Below are positions 22,538 to 33,932 of a DNA stretch of 64,000 nucleotides, in pieces; position 1 is the first letter of the stretch; each line of letters opens with the position of its first letter. The notes beneath the pieces are model-generated. The model searched no databases. It was given only the letters and a program-made list of their open reading frames with translations, and was not told the origin of the DNA. The position numbers were made by a program, and so were the translations under genes. The DNA comes from Methanobacteriota archaeon (GTDB taxonomy: Archaea; Methanobacteriota; Methanobacteria; Methanobacteriales; Methanobacteriaceae): NCBI GenBank assembly GCA_963787255.1, contig CAWBCJ010000029.1, forward strand, positions 96,001 to 160,000, read 5' to 3'.

Positions 22538-24457
22538 TTAAGGATTTTGAGATTCAACAATCTCCCATATCTTTTCTTCAGGTAAATTAACTCCAAATAG
22601 AATTCCTGCTTTATTCAAATCCTTTTCAATCTTCTTTATTGCATGTATATCCGGTGCTGCAACAGTATGGGAATGCACATGTCTTGATATATTGTATAAA
22701 GCTTCCACAGATCTTCGGGCATCTGGCCTTTTAAGTTCATCTTCGCAGTTTTTCACGTCTTCTTCTGAAATAATATACAGATTTCTGGTTACAATTTGTC
22801 TAACACCAGGTAAATAATGCTTTGAATCCAGAATTCTGCCCCCATATTTTATAATTATTCTTTTATCATCAAGATTTGTAACCTCATGTTTTAAAAGAAA
22901 TTCAACAACCCGCCCATATTCTTTAATTTTAGATTTTATCTCATCACCGGATAGATTTACCCCTAATAAATATCCTTTTTCCTTTAATTCCTTTTCAACC
23001 CTGGAAAGGCTTTTAGTATCCGGTCCAGAGATAGTGTGGGAGTGAATTCCACCACCTGAAAGAGCATATAACCTTTCTAAAGATTCCATCTTAGAATTAT
23101 CATGTTCAAGGCTTTCTAAAAATTTATCCATATCTTCAAATTTAGATAAGCCTACTTTACGATGTAAAGGTTCGCGAAATCCTTGCAAATAATATTCTAT
23201 ATCTTCTAATGTGCATCCGTGTTTTAAAATAATCTCTGATTCAGCCCTTATATCACCAACAGCGTGATTCTCGGTTATTTTCATTTCTGGCTTTATAACA
23301 ACTTCAACCAAACGACCATATTTCCTTGCCATCTCTCTTATCTCTTTCTCGTCTAGATCAACACCTAAAAGAAGTCCTTCTTTTTTAAGCTCTTCTGCAA
23401 CTTTATTTAAAGTTTCTTTATCCGGTCCAGAAATCCAGTGTGAATGAATTCCACTAACTGATTCGTATATTCTCTCTAAAGCCCTTTTCCTTGAAGGTTC
23501 ACGTTCTAAACTATCCAAAAATTTATGTAATTCACCTATTTTTGTTATTCCTATTTTCCTTTCAAGGGGTTCTTTAAATTCAGGGAGATGATATTCAATA
23601 TCTTCTAGGGTACAACCGTGTTTTAGTATAATTTCTGCCTCTTTTTTGATTTTAGAGACGTTGTGCATCATTGTTATTTTCATAATGGTCGGCTCTACAG
23701 CTGCAAAGTATATGTCTTCCCCACCACTTGTTTCAGGAGAAATAACTCTATCTGCCCCTGATCTATAAAGTCTCTTAATATTTTCTCGTTTACTTGCCCT
23801 TGCAACGATCCAAATCTCAGGATGTATCTCTCGTGCGGTTAAAGTTATAAAAAGGTTGTCTACATCGTCTCCTGTTGTAATTATAACTCCTCTTGCTTTT
23901 TTTATCCCTGCATCCATCAATATGCTCTCATCTGTTGCATCTCCAGGAATTGCAAGAACTTCAGGATCTTCCCATAACTCTTTTTCTACAATTTTCCTAT
24001 CTCTTTCAATTATTATTCCCACCTGGTTTCTTTTTTTAAGCTCTCTGAAAACTGCTGCACCCACTCTACCGTATCCACAAAGCACGAAATGGTTTTTAGT
24101 TGCAGCCATTTTCTTTCTTAACCTGGAACCAGAGGTAATTTCTTCTACAGTCATTGTAACCACCGAAATTGTTAAAGTAAATACATAAGCTAGTAAACCA
24201 ACCCCTCCTAAAACAAGAGTTACTGTAAAAAGTTTTTGTAGAGGAGTTGCTGGACTAATGTCCCCATAACCCACAGTTGCTATAGTTATAACAGTAAAAT
24301 ATAAAGAATTGATTAAATCAAGGTGCATAATATATAAAGAACCTATTATTCCATAAACTGCTAAGGATATTAGAGCTATTAAAGCATATGTCAATATACT
24401 ATAAGAAATTGAAGGCATATTTTCCGAGATTGCAGGAAGCTTAGGTCTTTGGGCCAC
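22538..24457 (-). CDS. Two-TM potassium channel with RCK (TrkA_N) domain and three C-terminal 3H domains
   Basis: Filter TIATVGYGD; [11 protein letters not shown] and GDATD RCK motifs; three repeats ending in HSHWIS/HSHTIS/HSHTVA...LxxxGxL; GTG start after GGTGA. Confidence 0.85.
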   Translation of the reverse strand: MAQRPKLPAISENMPSISYSILTYALIALISLAVYGIIGSLYIMHLDLINSLYFTVITIATVGYGDISPATPLQKLFTVTLVLGGVGLLAYVFTLTISVVTMTVEEITSGSRLRKKMAATKNHFVLCGYGRVGAAVFRELKKRNQVGIIIERDRKIVEKELWEDPEVLAIPGDATDESILMDAGIKKARGVIITTGDDVDNLFITLTAREIHPEIWIVARASKRENIKRLYRSGADRVISPETSGGEDIYFAAVEPTIMKITMMHNVSKIKKEAEIILKHGCTLEDIEYHLPEFKEPLERKIGITKIGELHKFLDSLEREPSRKRALERIYESVSGIHSHWISGPDKETLNKVAEELKKEGLLLGVDLDEKEIREMARKYGRLVEVVIKPEMKITENHAVGDIRAESEIILKHGCTLEDIEYYLQGFREPLHRKVGLSKFEDMDKFLESLEHDNSKMESLERLYALSGGGIHSHTISGPDTKSLSRVEKELKEKGYLLGVNLSGDEIKSKIKEYGRVVEFLLKHEVTNLDDKRIIIKYGGRILDSKHYLPGVRQIVTRNLYIISEEDVKNCEDELKRPDARRSVEALYNISRHVHSHTVAAPDIHAIKKIEKDLNKAGILFGVNLPEEKIWEIVESQNP

Positions 24458-24556
24458 CAAATCACCATGAAGATAAATAATAAATTTTAAAGAAATCAAG
24501 TATTATTAAATAATTGGTTTTATAGATAATAAATATATTATATACAAAGTGATAAC

Positions 24557-26029
24557 ATGACCCCCAAGGACATGATGGTAGCTGATAGCAATGCAGAAGA
24601 TTTGGGAATTCCTAAATCTGTTTTGATGGAAAATGCAGGTAAATCTGTTGCTGATCATATTATTAACATTTTAGATCCATGTAAAGTTACTATATTTGCC
24701 GGTACAGGCGGTAACGGTGGTGACGGATTTGTTGCAGCAAGGCATCTTTTAAACAACAGTTACAGCGTGGATTTATTTTTTTTAGGATATCCAAATAGGA
24801 TTAAATCACCTGAAACTCTTCAAAATTGGACTGCAATTCAAAATATTAGTATAGGTCTAAATTCTCTTAAATTAGAAGTTATTGAAGATTCATCTGCACT
24901 CCCAAAAGTTGATTCTCCAGTTATTGTTGATGCACTGCTTGGAACTGGAATCCATGGTAAAATTAAAGAGCCTATTTCCAGTGCAATTGACATTGTAAAC
25001 AAATCAAGAGGAATTAAAATTGCAGTTGATATGCCAAGCGGACTAGATCCTTTAACTGGTGAAGCTCCAGATAAAGCCGTGGAGGCAGATTACACCATTA
25101 CATTCCATAAAATCAAAACTGGACTTAAAAAAACAGAAATAAAGTACGTTGGAAATATTATTGTGTACGACATAGGCATTCCAAAAGAAGCCGAAACGTT
25201 TTTAGGCAAAGGAGACCTTTTACGTCTCAAAAAACGAGATATTACCTCCCATAAGGGCAATAATGGAACAGTTCTTGTAGTTGGCGGAAGTTCAGATTAT
25301 TCCGGTGCTCCAACATTTGCAGGACTTTCTGCTTTTAAATCTGGTGTTGATTTAGTTTATGTTGCCTGTCCTGAAAGTGTCTCCTCAACAATCAGATCAT
25401 ATTCGCCGGATTTAATTGTAAATACACTTTCTCATGACTTTATTGTTGATGATGATGTTGATAAAATAATAGAACTTTCAAAAAAAGCGGATTCAGTTGT
25501 AATTGGCTGCGGTATTGGAAGAAATAACGAAACAACTTTAGCTGTAAATGAAATCGTTAGTGAAATCAAAAAACCAATGGTGATAGATGCAGATGGTTTA
25601 AAATTATTATATACTGATGTAATTAAGGAAATAGAAAGTGAAATAGTAGTTACACCCCATTCAGCAGAATTTGAATCATTATTTAGTATAAAAATGCCGG
25701 ATAGGCTTGAAGATAAAATAGAAACTGTTTCAAAAGCTGCTGGGGAAAATAATTGTGTTGTTCTTCTAAAAGGAGTTCTTGATATAATATCAAATGGCAA
25801 AAAAACAAGACTCAATAAAACTGGAAATCCTGGAATGACCGTTGGAGGTACAGGAGATTGTCTTGCAGGTCTTGTTGGGGGATTAATGGCTCAAGGACAT
25901 GATGGCTTTGAAGCTGCTTGCCTGGGTGCTTATATAAATGGTAGAGCTGGAGATATGGCCGCGGAGAAATACGAATATCACTTTATGGCAAGTGACATGA
26001 TAAAATACATTGATGACGCATTTAGATAA
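24557..26029 (+). CDS. nnr: Bifunctional NAD(P)H-hydrate epimerase/dehydratase (YjeF)
   Basis: LMENAG, GNGGDG, DALLGTG, AVDMPSG; SHKGNNG, DADGL, TPHSAEF, GGTGDCLAG. Confidence 0.93.
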   Translation: MTPKDMMVADSNAEDLGIPKSVLMENAGKSVADHIINILDPCKVTIFAGTGGNGGDGFVAARHLLNNSYSVDLFFLGYPNRIKSPETLQNWTAIQNISIGLNSLKLEVIEDSSALPKVDSPVIVDALLGTGIHGKIKEPISSAIDIVNKSRGIKIAVDMPSGLDPLTGEAPDKAVEADYTITFHKIKTGLKKTEIKYVGNIIVYDIGIPKEAETFLGKGDLLRLKKRDITSHKGNNGTVLVVGGSSDYSGAPTFAGLSAFKSGVDLVYVACPESVSSTIRSYSPDLIVNTLSHDFIVDDDVDKIIELSKKADSVVIGCGIGRNNETTLAVNEIVSEIKKPMVIDADGLKLLYTDVIKEIESEIVVTPHSAEFESLFSIKMPDRLEDKIETVSKAAGENNCVVLLKGVLDIISNGKKTRLNKTGNPGMTVGGTGDCLAGLVGGLMAQGHDGFEAACLGAYINGRAGDMAAEKYEYHFMASDMIKYIDDAFR

Positions 26030-26049
26030 ATATAAAAAAAATATTTTTC

Positions 26050-26304
26050 TTAGAATAATCCAAGTGCCTGTGCAATTATTAAAAGTATAACTCCAAATAC
26101 TCCTCCAAATCCTGCAATTAAAACGGTTAATATATTTATTGGAATGTTGATGAAAGGAAGTAAATTAACAATGACTAGGAAAATCCATCCGAGAATTACA
26201 TGAACCAGTATTTTTAAAAGCAGTCCGCCTAATTTAATTATAACTATAATCCCAATTAGTGCAATAATTACTATTACAGCTGCTGTTATCAGATCCAAAG
26301 CCAT
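26050..26304 (-). CDS. BofA-like small membrane protein
   Basis: Hydrophobic; IPINILTVLIAGFGGVFGV matches the BofA pattern. Confidence 0.7.
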   Translation of the reverse strand: MALDLITAAVIVIIALIGIIVIIKLGGLLLKILVHVILGWIFLVIVNLLPFINIPINILTVLIAGFGGVFGVILLIIAQALGLF

Positions 26305-26417
26305 TTTATCATTATTTATATTTGTTTAAACTGACTAATGTTTTTTTTGAATTATTTAAAATAGATAAAATATCAAATGAAAACAATTTTTACATTAAAT
26401 ATAGAAATAAAGGATAT

Positions 26418-27600
26418 TTAATCCTTTTTACAAATCTTATTGAATGTAGCAGCCTGAATACCGTAATTTTTAACCATTCCAGTCATTTCACGCTGATCCA
26501 TTCCTTTATCTTCAAAAGAAACTGTTTCTTCACTGTATAAGACTGTAAGGAGATTCTCTTCCAAGTATTCTGAGATTTCCCTTGTGAAGCTTCACTTTTA
26601 CAGTTCCTGTCACTCTTTTCTGCATGTTATCAACGAGAGCATCAAGGTCTTCCCTTAAAGGCTCGTGCCACAGTCCATCATATATAAGCTCAGAATAAAC
26701 TTCACTGACGTATGCCGCGAATTTAAGTTCACTTCTTGTTAATGTTAGTTGTTCTAATGCTTTATGAGCAGTTATAAGTAAAATTGCGCCAGGTACTTCG
26801 TAATTTTCCCTTGATTTAAGGCCAATTATCCTATCTTCAATTATATCAATTCTACCGATTCCGTTTAAGCCTGCAATTTCATTGCATTTCCGGATTAAAT
26901 CCAATGTACCCATTTTCTCATTATTCAGTGCTACAGGAACACCGTTTTCAAATTTGATTTCCAGAATCTGTGCTTCATCAGGCGCTTCTTCAGTTGAATT
27001 TGTCCATTCAAAAGCTTCTTCAGGTGTTTCCACCATAGGATCTTCCAGGATGTCTCCTTCAATTGATCTTCCCCAAAGATTTTCATCAATACTGTACTGT
27101 TTATCTGAAGGAAGAGGAATACCGTGATTTTCTGCATATTTTATTTCTTCACTTCTTGTAAGGTTTAAATCTCTAATAGGGGCTATAACATCAAGACTGG
27201 ATTTTGATCTTATTATAGATTCAAATCTAAATTGATCATTACCTTTTCCAGTACATCCGTGAGCTATTGCATCTGCACCCTCTTTTTTAGCAAGTTCCAC
27301 TATTTTCATAGCTATTAAAGGTCTTGCCAGTGCTGTACTTAATGGATAACCTTCATAAAGTGCGTTGGCTTTAATTGCCCTGAATATAAATTCTTCTGCA
27401 AATTCATCCTTTGCATCAACAGTATAATGTTTTAAGGAACCAATTTTATCTGCTGCCGCTGCAGGTCTTTCTATTTCTTCTTCAGGCTGCCCTACATCCA
27501 CGCATGCTGTAATAACTTTCATGTCGTATTTCTCTTCAAGCAGTTTAATGCACACTGATGTATCCAAGCCTCCGCTGAATGCGAGAACCACTTTCTTCAT
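26418..27600 (-). CDS. argG: Argininosuccinate synthase; C-terminal ~40 aa shifted out of frame near 26537
   Basis: [44 protein letters not shown]; alternate frame continues [11 protein letters not shown]...KKD*. Confidence 0.93.
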
Positions 27601-27677
27601 TATTTCACCTTGATTATTTATAAGTCTAAATATAATATAAGATAACTATTGAGTATTGGAATATTATAAATTTATAC

Positions 27678-28412
27678 TTGGTGGAAGACATGGCCATAGC
27701 CAGAAATATTATCATTGTGTCCCATGAAACCAGCGGCAGAATCGAAAAAAACACAGCTTTGATGGAATATCTATCAGAAAGTAGTGTTATTGATGATTTA
27801 ATAGATGCAGCAAAGATTGGAACTCCCCTCTTAAAAATTGGCAGTGGAAGCCCAAAAATAATGATTACCTCAGGAATACATGGAAATGAGCTTCCACCCC
27901 AGGTAGCTGCAATTCAGCTTATTGATGATTTATTAAACGCTGAAATAAATGGAACTCTCTATATTATTCCCTTTGCAATACCTTACGCCACTATGGAAAA
28001 TTCGCGAAGATTTAAAGGGATGGATATGAATAGAACTGCTTCAAAAGGTGGATTTATATCAAATAACATTATTAACACTATTAAATCTCTAAAAATAAGT
28101 GCCGTAGGGGATTTTCACTCGACAAAACCTGGAAGTAATCCCGGGATTGAAAGTGTTTTTTGCTCTAAAAGTCCTTGTTATGAAAGTTATTTAATGGCAA
28201 AACATATAACTGAAGCTAATGCATCTAAAATGATATGTCACCAAGAAGCAGGAGCACTGTACAATGGAGCGCTTGAAGATGAATGTAATCTCACTGGAAT
28301 TCCTGCCATTACCTGCGAAGTTGTATCAAGAAACGGTATTGTTGAAGGTAAGAGCTCTAAACGTTCTTATATTCAAATGAAATCTTATTTAGAGTATTTT
28401 AACATGATTTAA
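27678..28412 (+). CDS. Succinylglutamate desuccinylase/aspartoacylase (M14-like) protein
   Basis: GIHGNE, DMNR, DFHS, ITCE. Confidence 0.8.
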   Translation: MVEDMAIARNIIIVSHETSGRIEKNTALMEYLSESSVIDDLIDAAKIGTPLLKIGSGSPKIMITSGIHGNELPPQVAAIQLIDDLLNAEINGTLYIIPFAIPYATMENSRRFKGMDMNRTASKGGFISNNIINTIKSLKISAVGDFHSTKPGSNPGIESVFCSKSPCYESYLMAKHITEANASKMICHQEAGALYNGALEDECNLTGIPAITCEVVSRNGIVEGKSSKRSYIQMKSYLEYFNMI

Positions 28413-28459
28413 TTCATTACTACTTTAAAAGCTGGTAAATTTGTTCTAATTGTCTTTCA

Positions 28460-29155
28460 ATGACTTCAAGTGATAGAATGCCCTCTTACAAAAAACACGT
28501 CTTATTTTCAATTATAATAGCTCTTCCATTTATTCACGACGTTTTTTATCTATCCCTTGCAGTTATTGGAACTTCTATAATTGACATGGATCACCATGTG
28601 AAGAAGAAAAATCTTATTATAATGACTATTTTTGGAATTTTATTGTCTTCTTCACTCTATATATTGAAATTACCTTTTTTTGTTGGCATTTCATTGATTA
28701 TGATGGCATTTATTTTTTATATTTCTAAACACAGAGGTTTTACTCATTCAATTTTTGGAACATTGGTATTGTCATTTCTTTTAACATTTTTTGTTTTAGG
28801 AATTATTCCGTTGCTTAACATGTTTAATGTTGACATTAAACTTTCTTTGATCTTAATATCTTTAATTTTAGGCATTATAGTTTTAAATAAGAAAATTTTT
28901 CTGCCTTACCTTATTCTTGTCCCCATAGGTATAGTTATAATGCCTGATTCAAATATAAGTCTTAATTATACATTTTTAGCAATATTTATAGGATGTATAA
29001 GCCATGTAATGCTTGATTTATTCACTCCCAGCGGAATAAGATTTTTAAATCCATTATCATCAAAAAAATTTAAAAAAGATTTAGGAATAGTTTTATTCAT
29101 TTTATGGATTATTGGAGCATTTATTTTTAATTTTAAAGATATTATTTTCATTTAA
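28460..29155 (+). CDS. YdjM-like membrane metal-dependent hydrolase
   Basis: DMDH, HRGFTHS, SHVMLDLFTPSG. Confidence 0.8.
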   Translation: MTSSDRMPSYKKHVLFSIIIALPFIHDVFYLSLAVIGTSIIDMDHHVKKKNLIIMTIFGILLSSSLYILKLPFFVGISLIMMAFIFYISKHRGFTHSIFGTLVLSFLLTFFVLGIIPLLNMFNVDIKLSLILISLILGIIVLNKKIFLPYLILVPIGIVIMPDSNISLNYTFLAIFIGCISHVMLDLFTPSGIRFLNPLSSKKFKKDLGIVLFILWIIGAFIFNFKDIIFI

Positions 29156-29351
29156 TAGCTATCAGTTTATTAAATTCTTAATTTTTGTAATAACAAATCA
29201 GTTAAAAGTTATCTAAAAGAAAAAGAGGTAGATTTATATATCATGTTTTATCATTATAATTACATGATTTCATGGTTAAAATCAGAGCATACTTAATGAA
29301 AATACTTAGCCATGTTAATTATATCGTTTGCAACGTTAAAGAGGTTAATTC

Positions 29352-29666
29352 ATGAACATCATATTCAGAATATTCTATGCAATCGCTTATTTCATCATAC
29401 TCATTATTGAGATAATAAAAGCCACAATTGACGTGGCCCTGCGAACCGTAAACGGAAAGGTTGAGCCAGTAATTGTAGAAATTGATACTGAACTTAAAAG
29501 ACCTATTTCTCAAGTTATACTGGCCAACAGTATAACCTTAACACCCGGTACGCTTTCAATTGACGTAGACACGGAAAAATGCATAATAAAAGTTGCAACT
29601 ATTGTACCAAGAGCAAAAGAGGACGTTATTCCCTTTGAACGCTTTATAAAAGGATGGCTAGAGTAA
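29352..29666 (+). CDS. ehbA: Ehb hydrogenase subunit A (MnhE-like)
   Basis: [13 protein letters not shown]; first gene of the operon. Confidence 0.85.
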   Translation: MNIIFRIFYAIAYFIILIIEIIKATIDVALRTVNGKVEPVIVEIDTELKRPISQVILANSITLTPGTLSIDVDTEKCIIKVATIVPRAKEDVIPFERFIKGWLE

Positions 29667-29682
29667 AAATCAAGGTGTTAAA

Positions 29683-29943
29683 ATGGATATACTACTAATA
29701 TCTGAATATATTTTAATGGCAGCGCTGGCATTTTATTCAATTGCTACAATAAGAATTGCAACAAGGAAAACCATTTCCATGGGAATTGTTGGATTACTCG
29801 GTTTAAGTGCTGCAGTAGCAACAATACTAATTTTAATCAAATACATTTATGGAATAGCCTTTTGTAGTGACATAGCTCTAGCACTGGTTATTTTAGGTCC
29901 TGTTGGTACTATAGCGTTTTGTAAGGTCATACGGGGATGGTAA
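29683..29943 (+). CDS. ehbB: Ehb subunit B (MnhF-like)
   Basis: [17 protein letters not shown]; operon order. Confidence 0.8.
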   Translation: MDILLISEYILMAALAFYSIATIRIATRKTISMGIVGLLGLSAAVATILILIKYIYGIAFCSDIALALVILGPVGTIAFCKVIRGW

Positions 29944-29944
29944 A

Positions 29945-30217
29945 GTGGACGACATATTTACTTTGATAAAATCAGCAATTTTAATAATATCGGCGATTCT
30001 TGTGGTTCTTACAGCTATTGGACTTCTAAGATACAAGGACGATATGGAATTAATATTATATGCAAGAGTACATATGCTCGGAGTAGCGGACATGGCATGT
30101 ATCTTAGCCTTACTCTTTCTTAACGAGCCATTGCTGGCAGTTACATATTTCTTCCTGACACCATTTGCTTCACACGCCATAGCAAACGCTTACTACTATG
30201 GGGAGGAAAAACAATGA
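29945..30217 (+). CDS. ehbC: Ehb subunit C (MnhG-like)
   Basis: GLLR...YARVH...TPFASHAIA. Confidence 0.8.
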   Translation: MDDIFTLIKSAILIISAILVVLTAIGLLRYKDDMELILYARVHMLGVADMACILALLFLNEPLLAVTYFFLTPFASHAIANAYYYGEEKQ

Positions 30218-30450
30218 TTGAATACATATTAATGATTGTAGCAGTTTTAGGAGCAGTTATAGCGCTTACTCAAAGAGATCTCCTCAAAGCAGCCATATTA
30301 ACAGGAATTTCTGGGGCTGCAATTGCTTTCCTTTTCCAATTTTTACTGGCTCCAGATGTAGCCTTAACACAAGCAATAGTTGGTACCGCTATAATACCAG
30401 TATTCATTGCCTTAGCAGTTAAAAAGACACGGAGAATGGAGGAAGACTAA
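30214..30450 (+). CDS. ehbD: Ehb subunit D (DUF4040-like)
   Basis: [14 protein letters not shown]. Confidence 0.8.
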   Translation: MIEYILMIVAVLGAVIALTQRDLLKAAILTGISGAAIAFLFQFLLAPDVALTQAIVGTAIIPVFIALAVKKTRRMEED

Positions 30451-30480
30451 GATTTCAACTTCTATAAATGAGGGATTATC

Positions 30481-30890
30481 ATGATTATAGACTCACAACT
30501 GGCATCGTTCTTCACAGCAGCAGCATTAATAATAATAGGCATTTATGCAGCACTGTTTCTGGATAATTTGATTAAAAAAATAATTGGCTTTTAGCCTTTA
30601 TTGGAGATGGAGTCAATCTATTTATAATTACTATGGGATATAAAGCCGGCGGGATAGTTTACATATTCCTTCCAGGAATGGCTGTGGACTGGTTTGCCCA
30701 AAACGCTTCTTATCCGCTACCATTTGCATTAGTACTTACCAGTATTGTTATAGGTGCAAGTACACTTGCTGTAATGCTTGGTTTAGTTATAGTACTTTAT
30801 AAAAAATACGGATCCATAAAAGCATCCAAGATTCTTGGAGAGAAAGAAAATCAGAACACGATATTCAGAATCACGTTTACAAGTCTTTGA
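30481..30890 (+). CDS. ehbE: Ehb subunit E (MnhC-like), frameshift near 30590
   Basis: ATG 30481 gives MIIDSQL...DNLIKKIIG, then [14 protein letters not shown] in the downstream frame. Confidence 0.8.
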
Positions 30891-30924
30891 AAACATTAGA
30901 AAAGTCAGTTCCAGGTGATAACTT

Positions 30925-32421
30925 ATGAATCCACTGATTGCATTAATGGTAATAATACCAATTGCATGTGCATTGCTTTTAAATCTGTTCCATACAAAGG
31001 ATAAAACTGTTAAAATACTAGCAATTGTTGTAGCATTGATTTTACCAATTATACCTTTATTTACAAGCTATGGTCTTCATTACTTTGGTGCATATAGTAC
31101 TTTAGCTCAAAGTCCAACATTAGCACAATGGGTACCGGCTTCCATTACTAGTTCAGCTTTAAACACATTTCACATGGGTATCGTATATTCATTTGCCAGT
31201 GCACAACAGATTCTCATAGTAATACTTGGAATAATAGCATTTTTAGCCATATTAACCTCCTTAAGCGAGACAAAAAAAGCTTCGGGAGTATATGCATTCC
31301 TTGATGTTCATGGGAGTTGCTTCAATGTCTGCTGTTATCCTCACTGATGATATATTCAATTTATATGTATTCTTCGAAATCACTGCAATAGCACAGGTGG
31401 GAATTGTAGTTGCTTCTAAAGTTAAAGGAAACATGGAAACTGCTCTAAAATACATGATTATAGGAAGCATCGCATCTCCCCGTTGCTTTTACTTGGAATA
31501 GCGTTGCTTCTTGGAGTTACCGGTAATGTTAATATTACTGACATAGTTTATTCGATTAAAACAGGTCTTGTAAATCCACAAAGTCCTGTATTACTTATGT
31601 CATGCGCTCTTATAATATTTGGATGGATGTATGCAGCAGGATTACCACCATTCCATACTATAAAGTCAGAAATATATAGCAAAGCACTTCCACACGGTGC
31701 GGCATTGCTTCAAGCCTTTTCAGTGTTTACATTAGTAGCACTTGGAATTGTCATATTTAGAATATTCTCATACCTCCCATTTTCAAAGGTATTTATCATT
31801 GCCATATCCTTAGCAGCTATGATATTGGGCATAACAATGGCATTAATGCAAACTGATTTCAAAAGAATTATCGGGTACCTTGCAGTTGGGGAACTTGGAT
31901 ACATTGGACTAGGACTTGGTATTGGTACCACTATGAGTATAACTGCTGGTCTTTTCCAGGCAGTAAATGAAGCCATAATAACAGCATTCCTGTTTATTGG
32001 TTTCGGTACAATATTATATCTCACTAAAGAAAGCGATACTCGAAAGTTAGGTGGGATGATGATACATTCCCCAAAAGTAGCATTATTAGTGCTTTTAGCA
32101 GGATTAGCAATGGCAGGTGTACCTCCACTAAATGCTTTCCAGAGTAAATTAATGTTGATTCAGTCATCATTAAACGCAGGAATACCCGAATTAGGTATAA
32201 TAATGATACTTTTAAGTATTGTTACATTTATGACATTTATGAAGGCATTCTACACCATTTACATGAGATCTAAACCGAAGGATCTTAAAATTAGCAATGC
32301 AAAAATACCAAAAGCAACCATATTTTCTCTGGTTGTATTCCTAATAATTTGTATAATACTGGGTCTGTTTCCGCAAATTGCAACCAATTATTTACAGCCC
32401 CTTGCAAACAGCTTGATATGA
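30925..32421 (+). CDS. ehbF: Ehb subunit F (MnhD/NuoL-like ion translocator), two frameshifts (~31300, ~31480)
   Basis: [36 protein letters not shown] spread over three ORFs. Confidence 0.85.
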
Positions 32422-32462
32422 TAAAAAGAGGATAAAAGCAGATAATAAAATAGAGGGATTAT

Positions 32463-32801
32463 ATGAGCCTTTATGACATCATAATAAATAAAATAAAACA
32501 AGTTCAGGAATATGATAAAGAAGGTGAACCTGTAACCAGTATTGCAGCTTCATCCACATTAGCAGCAGAAATAACGCTTTTATCATCCATTTTAGTTGCA
32601 GTGATCATGTTAAGATATTTCAGTAATGCTTTGATGATTATAGCTGTACTTTTAGTAGCAGCAATAGCAGTTTTTGCCATGCCTTTAATGCCCAGATTTA
32701 AAAAAGAACAGAATGATTCGCTTAACAGTATGGTATTTTATGTAATTCTGGCACTTGGAATTATTACAATGCTTTTCTATTGGGGGAGTTTAAATGTCTG
32801 A
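32463..32801 (+). CDS. ehbG: Ehb subunit G
   Basis: Small membrane protein in the expected operon position. Confidence 0.7.
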   Translation: MSLYDIIINKIKQVQEYDKEGEPVTSIAASSTLAAEITLLSSILVAVIMLRYFSNALMIIAVLLVAAIAVFAMPLMPRFKKEQNDSLNSMVFYVILALGIITMLFYWGSLNV

Positions 32802-33079
32802 AGGAATAAGAAACCTTATCGCCAGCATATCTCTGGCTTTATTCGCAGTTACACTTGTTTCAAGCAATAATTGGATTTGATCAATTACTTACACCAGGTA
32901 TAAGCCAAATTTACATCTGGATAGGCCCCAATATTGCTCCTAACGCAGTAACCAACGTTGTGTTTGATTGGAGAGGTTACGATACACTTGGAGAAGCTTT
33001 AATACTTGTTACTGCAGTAGTCGTGACTCTTCTTGTATTTGGAAGAGGAATGGTAGATCTTGGAGGGGATGATGAATGA
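32794..33079 (+). CDS. ehbH: Ehb subunit H, frameshift near 32855
   Basis: ATG 32794 gives [10 protein letters not shown]; [20 protein letters not shown] (MnhB-associated motif). Confidence 0.78.
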
Positions 33080-33541
33080 GTATAATCCTTAAATTATTCG
33101 TATTTCCAATTCCCTCGATAATTATCTGTTTAGGAATAAATACCATCCTTGGAGGGCATATTACTCCAGGAGGAGGTTTTCAGGGAGGCGCAATGATAGC
33201 AGGAGGACTAATATTCTGTATTATTACGTACGGCCTTTCAGAAAGTCCATTTAAAATTACTCATGACTTCATGGCATCAATGGAAAGTGCTGGGAGCTCT
33301 TGCTTATGTATTCCTGGGTCTTGCAGGTTTACTCACATCAGGCTTTTACTTGTACAATCTGGGAGTAGATCATTTATGGTATAGTCCCTGCAGCAGTACA
33401 AACAATATTCGATTATCCTGACCCAATAAACGCCGGTATAATACCTTATCTTAACTTGTGGTTGGTATAAAAGTTTTAGTGGGTCTAAGCGCCGTTGTAA
33501 TAGCTTTCTTAGAGAGTGACAAAATTCTTGGAGAGGAATGA
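33076..33541 (+). CDS. ehbI: Ehb subunit I (MnhB-like), frameshifted
   Basis: [12 protein letters not shown]; alternate frames continue [12 protein letters not shown]...GIIPYLN...VGIKV. Confidence 0.8.
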
Positions 33542-33544
33542 ACA

Positions 33545-33820
33545 ATGATTTTTTATATTGGTCCATTAGTACTGGGATTCTTACTAGGGTTTATATTAGG
33601 AACTAGAATTAAACCAAGTCCAGAAAGTAAATTAAAGTTTAGTGCAGAAGTTTATGCAATAGTAGTGATTGCAGCAATTATAGTAGCATACTTCTTAGGT
33701 CCTTTCCCATATTATCAAGATGTTCCCCTTGCATCTGGATTTGTATCAGCAATTATAGGCATAATCATTGGTAAATTGTTATTTGGAAGGGAAAAAAAGA
33801 GTAATGCTCAAATTAGCTGA
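33545..33820 (+). CDS. ehbJ: Ehb subunit J
   Basis: [13 protein letters not shown]...GPFPYY; operon order. Confidence 0.75.
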   Translation: MIFYIGPLVLGFLLGFILGTRIKPSPESKLKFSAEVYAIVVIAAIIVAYFLGPFPYYQDVPLASGFVSAIIGIIIGKLLFGREKKSNAQIS

Positions 33821-33932
33821 ATTATAATAATTAAGTAAAATGTAATAAATTCCAAAAAAAATTGATTTGGAGTTACAGCAAGTGTAGTGAGTACACATCA
33901 AAAATAAGCAATAATATCAGAGGGCAAAAATC

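Noticed and set aside
21170-22540. Possible prophage or integrated element around the MuF-like gene
   Set aside because: No integrase, terminase, portal, capsid or att-like repeats; not adjacent to the tRNA genes.
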